Translations under genes and position numbers: made by a program
Notes under the pieces: generated by a model
Seen by the model: only the letters and a program-made list of their open reading frames with translations
Databases searched by the model: none
What the model was told of the DNA's origin: nothing
Shown here: positions 34,865 through 44,139 of the stretch, one piece after another
Layout: each line of letters begins with the position of its first letter
How positions within the stretch are numbered: the stretch's first letter is position 1
NCBI GenBank assembly: GCA_012862495.1
Contig: BLSG01000121.1
Span: 67,434-113,279, forward strand
Direction of reading: 5' to 3'
Origin: Thraustochytrium aureum
Lineage: Eukaryota
Length of the DNA: 45,846 nt

Positions 34865-34930
34865 ACCCGCGACGCACAGGAGCAGCAGGAGCAGCAGCAG
34901 CAGCAGCAGCAGGTCGACGGGCAGGCAGGC
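34828..34930. repeat. (GCAG)n and (GCA)n microsatellites running into a gap
   Basis: About 8 gcag units then agc units. The same tetramer, as (GCCT)n, occurs at 5383-5399 and 16029-16057. Confidence 0.9.
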
Positions 34931-35147
34931 NNNNNNNNNNNNNNNNNNNNNNNNNNNNNNNNNNNNNNNNNNNNNNNNNNNNNNNNNNNNNNNNNNNNNN
35001 NNNNNNNNNNNNNNNNNNNNNNNNNNNNNNNNNNNNNNNNNNNNNNNNNNNNNNNNNNNNNNNNNNNNNNNNNNNNNNNNNNNNNNNNNNNNNNNNNNNN
35101 NNNNNNNNNNNNNNNNNNNNNNNNNNNNNNNNNNNNNNNNNNNNNNN

Positions 35148-38100
35148 GAGGCGCCCTGGGTGAAGGAGGTCAAGGAGGTGAGCAACGCGCTGGAAACCAG
35201 CCTGGAGTGGGCTTGACGACCAAGCAGGCAGAGGAGAAACGGGAAAAGTATGGGTACAACGAGCTGCCGAAAGAGGACGGCACGAGCTTCTGGGAGCTCG
35301 TGCTCGAGCAGTTCGACGACCCACTGGTGAAAATCTTGCTGGTTGCGGCCGTAGTCTCGGCGATGATCGCCGTGAGCGAGGTGTACGAGTCGGGCCACGC
35401 CTTCACCGTGGAGAAGTTCGTCGAGCCGCTGGTGATCCTGCTCATCCTCGTTTTGAATGCGATCGTGGGCGTCTACCAGGAGAGCAACGCCGAAAAGAGC
35501 CTCGAGGCGCTCAAGGAGATGCAGCCCGAGGTCGCGCGCACCCTGCGCGACGGGGTCTGGGCGAACGAGCTGAGCGCCCGCGAGCTTGTCCCCGGCGACG
35601 TGGTCGACCTCCGCGTCGGCGACAAGGTGCCTGCTGACTGCCGCGTGGCCGTGCTCAAGACCACGACGCTCCGCGTCGAGCAGATGGCGCTGACCGGCGA
35701 GTCGGTGTCGGTGTCAAAGCAGGACGAGCCGATCAGCAAGAAGGACTGCGAGATCCAGTCCAAGGCCAACATGTTGTTCGCGGGAACGGCGCTGGCGAAC
35801 GGGCACTGCCTGGCGATCGTGACCTCGACGGCCAAGGAAACGGAGATCGGCAAGATTCAGGAGCAGCTGGAGGCGGCTGCCGCGGAGCGCGCCGAGGAGA
35901 AGACGCCGCTCAAGCAAAAGCTGGAGGAGTTTAGCGACCAGCTGCAGCTGATCATCTCGGTGATCTGCGTCATGGTGTGGCTGATCAACTTTCGCATGTT
36001 TGTCGACCTGGAGAACATGACGATCGACTTCAAGAAGGCGATCTACTACTTTCAGATCGCGGTTGCGCTTGCCGTCGCCGCGGTGCCCGAGGGCCTGCCG
36101 ACGGTGATCACGATGTGCCTGGCGCTTGGGCACGCGCAAGATGGCCGCCCGCAACGCGATCGTGCGCAAGCTGCCCGCTGTGGAGACGCTCGGCTGCACG
36201 ACCGTGATCTGCTCGGACAAGACGGGCACGCTGACCACAAACCAGATGTCGGTGCAGCGCATCGTCACCGTTGGAGCCAGCGAGGCGGAAGTGGTGAGCT
36301 GCGCTGTGACCGGGTCCACCTACGACCCGGAGGACGGCAGTGTCGACCTCGGCCCAGTGGGGGGCGCTCTGGGCGCGTCGGTGCGCAAACTGGCGCAGAT
36401 CTGTGCCGTGTGCAACGAGTCGACGATCGAGCGCAACGCCAAGACGGGCAAGTTTAAGCACGTCGGCGCCCCGACCGAGTCCGCGCTCACAGTACTCGTC
36501 GAGAAGCTGCGGCTCGCGAGCGGCGAGAAGGGCTTGAGCAGCGGCGGCGAGCTGCCGATGAACGCGCTGCTGGAGGCCGAGGCCCCGGCGATCGCCACGC
36601 TCGAGTTTACGCGCGACCGCAAGTCGATGAGCGTGATCGTGTCGACCGGGCGCACCCGCAACAGCTCGAACGAGCTGCTCGTCAAGGGCGCGCCGGAGGG
36701 CCTTTTGGAGCGCTGCACCAGCGTCCTCCTGGCCAGCGGCAAGACCGCGCCGCTCACCGCTGCGGGCAAGGCCGCGATCGTGGCCGAGCTCTCCGGCATG
36801 GCCAAAAAGGCCTGGCGCTGCCTCGGGTTTGCTTATGCGGACAAACTTGGCCCGCTCAGCGACTATGACGGGCCGCACCACGCTGCGGCTGCCCGTCTGC
36901 GCGACCCGTCCAAGTTTATCGAGATCGAGCAGAACCTGACGTGGGTGGGCATCGCCGCCATGCAGGACCCGCCGCGCAGCGAGGTCAAGGGCGCCATGGT
37001 GGCCTGCCGCAAGGCCGGCATCCGCGTGATCGTCATCACGGGCGACTCGAAACTGACTGCCGAGGCGATCTGCCGGGAGATTGGCGTGTTTGAGGAGGGC
37101 GAGGATATCTCGAGCCGGTCGTTTGTGGGGCACGACTTTAGCAAGTTTTCTGCAGACAAGCAGCGGGAGATTATCCTGTCGGACCGCATGGGCGGCATGG
37201 TGTTTTCCCGAGCGGAGCCCAAGTTCAAGCAGGACATTATCAAGCTGCTCAAGCAGGCGGGCGACGTGACCTGCATGACCGGCGACGGCGTGAACGACGC
37301 CCCCGCGCTCAAGATGGCCGACATTGGTGTCGCCATGGGCATCACCGGCACGGAGGTGGCCAAGGAGGCCTCGGACTTTGTGCTTGCGGACGACAACTTT
37401 GTCACGATCGTGCGCGCCATCGAGGAGGGGCGCAGCATCTACGACAACATGCGCGCCTTCATCCGCTACATGATCAGCTCGAACGTGGGCGAGGTGATGA
37501 GCATCTTCTTTGTGGCCGCGCTCGGGCTCCCGGAGGGCATGGTCCCCGTGCAGCTGCTCTGGGTCAACCTGGTCACGGACGGGCCGCCGGCCACCGCGCT
37601 CGGGTTCAACAAGGCCGACCCGGACATCATGGACAAGCCGCCCCGCGACCGCAACGAGCCGCTCATCTCCAACTGGGTGCTGTTCCGCTACATCGTGGTC
37701 GGCCTGTACGTGGGCTTTGCGACGGTCGGCTCGTTCGTCACGTGGTACTCGCACGGCCTGGGCTCCGAGCCGTTCCTCGGGCTGCTCGACCTCTCCAAGG
37801 ACGGCCACACCTCGGCTTCCTTGGAGCAACTCATGAACTGGGAAAAGTGCGACACGGCGACCAACCTGTTTCACCTTGGCAGCGGTGCGCCGCAGCCCTT
37901 CAACGCGACGCCGTGGACCGCTGGCGACATCACCTACGAGGTCAGTGGGTGCGACTTTTTCGGCGAGCTGGGCAAGCGCAAGGCGAGCACGCTCTCGCTC
38001 TCCGTCCTGGTTACCATCGAGATGTTCAACGCGCTCAACGCGCTCTCCGAGGACGGCTCGCTCCTCGTCGTGCCGCCCTGGGACAACCCGTACCTGCTGG

Positions 38101-38339
38101 TCGCAATGGCGGTGTCGTTTGCGCTCCACTTTGTTATTCTGTACGTCCCGGCGCTCTGCCCGATGTTTGACGTGGTCCCGCTCTCTGCTGAAGAGTGGGC
38201 CCTTGTCGTCCTCTACTCGCTCCCCGTCATTTTTATCGACGAGGTGCTCAAGTTTGCCGGCCGGGCCATGACTGCACAGCAGCGCGCTAGCATCGCTGAG
38301 AAGCGCAAGGAGCGCCTGCGCGCGAAGAAGGACCAGTAG
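35148..38339 (+). CDS. SERCA: P2A Ca2+-transporting ATPase (SERCA-type); start codon in gap; frameshifts near 35206 and at G3 36128-36130
   Basis: [14 protein letters not shown], phosphorylation motif [28 protein letters not shown] and [20 protein letters not shown]. The N-terminus reconstructs as (M)[28 protein letters not shown]-terminal KKDQ fits a KKxx ER-retrieval signal. Confidence 0.95.
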
Positions 38340-39265
38340 AGAGAAACGCCCGGCCGGGCTTTCCCGGAGGCAGGCGGCCCGCTCTCCCACGCCTGCTTGC
38401 AACCCTGCGCGCCGCGCAACTAGCGGGAGACAGCGCGAACTGTCGTTGTTGCCCAACCCAACCGAAACCAACCCGACACACCAAAAAACAAAACCGACAG
38501 AGAAAAGACCCCAANNNNNNNNNNNNNNNNNNNNNNNNNNNNNNNNNNNNNNNNNNNNNNNNNNNNNNNNNNNNNNNNNNNNNNNNNNNNNNNNNNNNNN
38601 NNNNNNNNNNNNNNNNNNNNNNNNNNNNNNNNNNNNNNNNNNNNNNNNNNNNNNNNNNNNNNNNNNNNNNNNNNNNNNNNNNNNNNNNNNNNNNNNNNNN
38701 NNNNNNNNNNNNNNNNNNNNNNNNNNNNNNNNNNNNNNNNNNNNNNNNNNNNNNNNNNNNNNNNNNNNNNNNNNNNNNNNNNNNNNNNNNNNNNNNNNNN
38801 NNNNNNNNNNNNNNNNNNNNNNNNNNNNNNNNNNNNNNNNNNNNNNNNNNNNNNNNNNNNNNNNNNNNNNNNNNNNNNNNNNGACGTGTTCCAACTCGAC
38901 ATTTTCACCCGCCAAAACGCCAGCCGAGTCCGGCCTGCGCCTCGTGAGGCTCTCGGGCCGACGGCCAACTTGGAGCAGGCCCAGAACAGGCCCAGCCAGC
39001 CGGAAACTGCCTTGGCCGATCGCGCAGGTCAGGCGGGCCCAGCCAGCTCTAGCTGGAGCTACGCGCAGTGCGACGCGGCTGGACGGGGCCCCAGGCCGGA
39101 CGAGTTCGAGCCCGAGCTCGCCTTGCCTCGCCAAGACCCGACCTGACCAGGACACGGTCCAACGCTCATTGAGGGACGGCGAGCTCGGTCGGGCTCGGGT
39201 AGGTTGGCCTAGTGCAGGTCCTTGCTGGCAGACGGGTGTGCTGGGCGGCAAGCAAGGACATCAGC

Positions 39266-40498
39266 ATGGGCCAACTCGGGAAGAAGACTGCGCTCGGACT
39301 CGTCGCCGTGGGCTTGGCGTCTGCGGTCGCGGTGGACGTGTACAGGAAAAAGTGGAGCGACCTCCACGGGGCCCGCGAGGCAGGATATCAGTACGTGCTT
39401 CACGCAGCCATGCGGCTGCTTGGGTCGCGAGCAAACGAGCAGCTGAAGAAGGACGCGCAGAACTGGGATGCGGTGCAGCGCCAGCTGCTCGCCAGCCTCG
39501 TCGAAAAGGCGAGCGGGACGTCGTACGGCAGAGACAAGGGCCTTGGCAGCGTGCACAGCCTCGAGTCGTTCCGTGCGACGCAGCCTCTTACAACGTTCAG
39601 CGACATCGAGCCCTACGTGGAGCGAATCAAGCGCGGCGAGTCCAACGTGATGACAAGCGACCCCGTCGACTTGCTCGGCTGCACGAGCGGGACAAGCGGA
39701 AACGTGAGCTGCCTGCCGCATACAGCAGAGATTTCCAAGCGGTTCTTCCTGTCTGGGATCGCGCTCGTGTTTGACAGGCTGCTGGGCGCATTTCAAGGCA
39801 CGGACCAGCTGCAGCGGACGTGCAAACTGACCTTCCAGCCGCGCTGGAAGCTGAGCGCCGGCGGGGTGCGCATGGGGCCAGCCAGCTCGTCGCCCGACGA
39901 CAAGGGCTTCAAGCGCCTCTTGCCGCTCTACTCGACGCCGGAGGAGGGCTTTCGGCTCTCGGTGGAAAGCGAGGCCATGTACGTGCATGCCCTCTTCGCG
40001 CTCCGCGACGAGAAACTCGGCATCATCGAGGCCAACTTTGCCCCCATGGTGGTCTCTTTTCTGGCCTGCATCCAAGACAACCAAGATCGGCTCGTGAGGG
40101 ACCTCGCATCGGGCACCATCTCCCTCGCGCCGGCCGACGCCGCGGACGCGGACAGGGTGGACCGTTTACGTGCTTTAGCGAGCCCGCTGCCGGAGCGCGC
40201 TGCTCGCGTGCGGGCTGCGCTGCTGGAGCACCAGGCAAGCCAGGGCGGAAGTGTGCCCCCAGACGGGGCGCTTAATGGGCTCCCAAGCCTGGCTCGAAGG
40301 CTCTGGCCGGACCTCAACCTCGTGCTCACAGTTGACACTGGCGCGTTCAAGTGGTACGCGAGCGGGCTTCCTCATGACGTGCCCGTTTACTCGCCCTTGT
40401 ACGCAGCAACGGAGGGCTTGCTCGGCGTAAACCTCGACCCAGCGCGCCGACCAGCGGTCTACACGCTAATGCCGCGCGCGATGTTCTACGGAGTTTTT
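39266..40498 (+). CDS. GH3-domain (acyl acid-amido synthetase/GHDC-like) protein with N-terminal anchor; 3' end in gap
   Basis: ATG 39266. PLTTFSDIEPYVERIKRGESNVMT, CTSGTSG, RLWPDL, YAATEGLLGVN and P..MFY(EF), the last needing one G removed near 40490. Confidence 0.85.
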
Positions 40499-41409
40499 NN
40501 NNNNNNNNNNNNNNNNNNNNNNNNNNNNNNNNNNNNNNNNNNNNNNNNNNNNNNNNNNNNNNNNNNNNNNNNNNNNNNNNNNNNNNNNNNNNNNNNNNNN
40601 NNNNNNNNNNNNNNNNNNNNNNNNNNNNNNNNNNNNNNNNNNNNNNNNNNNNNNNNNNNNNNNNNNNNNNNNNNNNNNNNNNNNNNNNNNNNNNNNNNNN
40701 NNNNNNNNNNNNNNNNNNNNNNNNNNNNNNNNNNNNNNNNNNNNNNNNNNNNNNNNNNNNNNNNNNNNNNNNNNNNNNNNNNNNNNNNNNNNNNNNNNNN
40801 NNNNNNNNNNNNNNNNNNNNNNNNNNNNNNNNNNNNNNNNNNNNNNNNNNNNNNNNNNNNNNNNNNNNNNNNNNNNNNNNNNNNNNNNNNNNNNNNNNNN
40901 NNNNNNNNNNNNNNNNNNNNNNNNNNNNNNNNNNNNNNNNNNNNNNNNNNNNNNNNNNNNNNNNNNNNNNNNNNNNNNNNNNNNNNNNNNNNNNNNNNNN
41001 NNNNNNNNNNNNNNNNNNNNNNNNNNNNNNNNNNNNNNNNNNNNNNNNNNNNNNNNNNNNNNNNNNNNNNNNNNNNNNNNNNNNNNNNNNNNNNNNNNNN
41101 NNNNNNNNNNNNNNNNNNNNNNNNNNNNNNNNNNNNNNNNNNNNNNNNNNNNNNNNNNNNNNNNNNNNNNNNNNNNNNNNNNNNNNNNNNNNNNNNNNNN
41201 NNNNNNNNNNNNNNNNNNNNNNNNNNNNNNNNNNNNNNNNNNNNNNNNNNNNNNNNNNNNNNNNNNNNNNNNNNNNNNNNNNNNNNNNNNNNNNNNNNNN
41301 NNNNNNNNNNNNNNNNNNNNNNNNNNNNNNNNNNNNNNNNNNNNNNNNNNNNNNNNNNNNNNNNNNNNNNNNNNNNNNNNNNNNNNNNNNNNNNNNNNNN
41401 NNNNNNNNC

Positions 41410-41805
41410 TACAAGAGCTGCATGCGGTGCGACAACACCTGCGAGAGCTGCAGCAAGTTTGACTGCAACCTGGACCGGTGCGGCGACTGGGCCTGCACAG
41501 CTGGCGAAATGTGCTTCGAGTGTCTCACCAAGTGCGACTGCTGCTCAACGCGCTGGTGCCAGGACCACCTCGGCGGGATGTGCGGCGCCTGCGGGCGCCT
41601 CGACCTCTGCCGCGATTGCACGCGGTCCTGCGCCGGCGAGGACTGCGAGGCTGTCCTGTGCGTCGACTGTGTCGACGAGTGCGAGTTTTGCTCCGAGAGC
41701 TTTTGCCGCAAGTGCCTCACGAACGACACCTGCTGGCGCTGCATCAGCGTCGACAGCTCCAAGAACGTCCTTGGGGCCGACCTCGGCTCGGCTGCCGCGA
41801 ACTGA
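41410..41805 (+). CDS. Cys-rich (multi-CxxC) coding segment, 5' end in gap
   Basis: 27 Cys in about 110 codons, mostly as CxxC pairs encoded by TGC, with strong GC3 bias. TGA at 41803-41805. Confidence 0.7.
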   Translation, partial: YKSCMRCDNTCESCSKFDCNLDRCGDWACTAGEMCFECLTKCDCCSTRWCQDHLGGMCGACGRLDLCRDCTRSCAGEDCEAVLCVDCVDECEFCSESFCRKCLTNDTCWRCISVDSSKNVLGADLGSAAAN

Positions 41806-42269
41806 TGAGACAGCTGCTGCGGCGGCCGTCGATCCTTCTTCCTATTTATCACTTTTGCAACGTAGTTTTTTTTATTCTCCTTCTTGGGCGTCACAGCAGC
41901 GAGCGCGCTGCGGCAGAGCGCAGCGAGGCCAATCCTGTCAGGATCAGGCTCTGCAGCATTCTGCGAGCGCTGTTCGTGCCTCGTGCCGCGCGCATCTCAT
42001 CGTGGTGACCGGAGTCTGCTCTGCCAGCACGTCAAAAAATGGGCCATCACCACGTCCTACCTTTGCGCACTCCACCTTGTTGAGGATTCATTTGTGATGC
42101 GCGCGTTGACGTAACGCGCCAAAGCCATTTTGACAGCGGGCCAGCGAGCAGCCGAGCGCAGGGCAGCTTGCGCTTTGCCGGAATCTGCCTGGAAGGCGCT
42201 TCCGGGCCGCTCTCCTCCTCCACAGCGCGCGTAGAAAAGACGAAGAAACGCGTGGCGAGGCAGCAAGCC

Positions 42270-42728
42270 ATGGCGGCCAGCGATCCGGCAAACCTCTCGC
42301 TGGCACAGGTCGCCTCGCGCAAGTCCATGAAGTGCGTGATGGGCAAGGACAAAGCGAGCTGGCTGGCGCTCTTTGCGCCAGACGCCTGCATCGAGGACCC
42401 CGTTGGCAAGAGCCCGCTGGACGAGACGGGCTTGGGGCACCGCGGGCCAAAAGCAATCGAGGCCTTCTGGGACAACAACATTGGCCCGAACGAGTTTGTG
42501 TTCAACATCAAAGAGTCGATCGCGCCGGAGGGCTCCTACGAGACGTGCAACATCGGGCAGATCATTACGCGCGTGCCCGCGTTTGGCGTCTCGACAATCA
42601 CGAACGGCGTATTCGTCTACCGGGTCAACGAGGCCGGCCTCATCGTTTCCTTGCGCGCGTTTTACGTCTTCAGCGAAATGGCAAAGTCCACTGTGCGCCA
42701 CCCGCGGGCCAAGCCCGCCAAGCTCTGA
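42270..42728 (+). CDS. NTF2/SnoaL-like (ketosteroid-isomerase-like) protein with C-terminal PTS1 (AKL)
   Basis: ATG 42270, 152 aa. WLALFAPDACIEDPVG...HRGPKAIEAFWD and GVFVYRVNEAGLIVSLRAF; ends AKPAKL-stop. Confidence 0.85.
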   Translation: MAASDPANLSLAQVASRKSMKCVMGKDKASWLALFAPDACIEDPVGKSPLDETGLGHRGPKAIEAFWDNNIGPNEFVFNIKESIAPEGSYETCNIGQIITRVPAFGVSTITNGVFVYRVNEAGLIVSLRAFYVFSEMAKSTVRHPRAKPAKL

Positions 42729-44139
42729 CTGAGCCGCGCATCGACTTTGACTCCACCAGAAAAGCACCAATTTCGCTGCCGATCCGTTCGAGGGCGCCCG
42801 ACCCTTTTTTGACCTTGCTCGTCAGCGGCCTTTCCTGCCCGCGTGCGCAACGTGCAGGACACGAAGGCCGCCTGCGCGAGCCAACGACTCTCGCGACCAA
42901 GGCGCCCACCGCCCTCTCAGGCTGCGGCAGGGCTCACGGGAGACCGCAGCGCCGTCCTCCAGTCTCGTCGTCGAGCCACACCGCCCCCCAGCCGAGCCCA
43001 GCCCGCAGGGCCTGCAGGATTGCAAATTCAGCCCTTCGCGTCGCTCGTGCTCGCGGCCGCAACCCCAGCGCAGCGCCGGGCCTGGGGCGCAAGAGCACCG
43101 CGTGGAGCCCAAGTTGGCCGGCAGCGCGCGAGGTTTCAAACTTTCAAAAAAAGCAACCTTACGCTTTCCGAGTTGACCAGACCCCCAACACGCACGCACC
43201 ACGCTCTCTCTCTCTCCGGCTCTCGAGCAGCTGTCAGCCTGTCGCTCTCGAGCAGGAGCACTGGGTCGTCCGCGGGGCGCTGCCGGCGAGGAACGGCGAT
43301 GCGAGTCACTGCGGGAGCTGGCGGCCGCGCTGGCAGTGGCGCTGCTCCGCGTCAAGCGAACCTGCGACAGCGCCGTGNNNNNNNNNNNNNNNNNNNNNNN
43401 NNNNNNNNNNNNNNNNNNNNNNNNNNNNNNNNNNNNNNNNNNNNNNNNNNNNNNNNNNNNNNNNNNNNNNNNNNNNNNNNNNNNNNNNNNNNNNNNNNNN
43501 NNNNNNNNNNNNNNNNNNNNNNNNNNNNNNNNNNNNNNNNNNNNNNNNNNNNNNNNNNNNNNNNNNNNNNNNNNNNNNNNNNNNNNNNNNNNNNNNNNNN
43601 NNNNNNNNNNNNNNNNNNNNNNNNNNNNNNNNNNNNNNNNNNNNNNNNNNNNNNNNNNNNNNNNNNNNNNNNNNNNNNNNNNNNNNNNNNNNNNNNNNNN
43701 NNNNNNNNNNNNNNNNNNNNNNNNNNNNNNNNNNNNNNNNNNNNNNNNNNNNNNNNNNNNNNNNNNNNNNNNNNNNNNNNNNNNNNNNNNNNNNNNNNNN
43801 NNNNNNNNNNNNNNNNNNNNNNNNNNNNNNNNNNNNNNNNNNNNNNNNNNNNNNNNNNNNNNNNNNNNNNNNNNNNNNNNNNNNNNNNNNNNNNNNNNNN
43901 NNNNNNNNNNNNNNNNNNNNNNNNNNNNNNNNNNNNNNNNNNNNNNNNNNNNNNNNNNNNNNNNNNNNNNNNNNNNNNNNNNNNNNNNNNNNNNNNNNNN
44001 NNNNNNNNNNNNNNNNNNNNNNNNNNNNNNNNNNNNNNNNNNNNNNNNNNNNNNNNNNNNNNNNNNNNNNNNNNNNNNNNNNNNNNNNNNNNNNNNNNNN
44101 NNNNNNNNNNNNNNNNNNNNNNNNNNNNNNNNNNNNNNN

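Larger units (their letters stand above)
5400..44139. other. Twelve assembly gaps (about 6.4 kb of N)
   Basis: 5400-6219, 7691-8063, 12767-13708, 16131-16399, 19835-19998, 27394-27576, 29105-29887, 31206-31845, 34931-35147, 38515-38882, 40499-41408, 43378-44139. Confidence 0.99.

Noticed and set aside
39107..39198. Inverted repeat ccgagctcgcc / ggcgagctcgg as a MITE
   Set aside because: Only about 11 bp, built on a self-palindromic core in GC-rich DNA, with no target-site duplication or second copy in the window.
39266..42728. GH3 + Cys-rich + SnoaL genes as a biosynthetic cluster
   Set aside because: Adjacency only. Predicted locations differ (membrane anchor versus peroxisome) and neighbouring genes in this window are generally unrelated.
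1959..42728. Non-standard nuclear genetic code
   Set aside because: TAA, TAG and TGA each terminate well-conserved genes at the expected positions, and conserved motifs translate correctly with the standard code.
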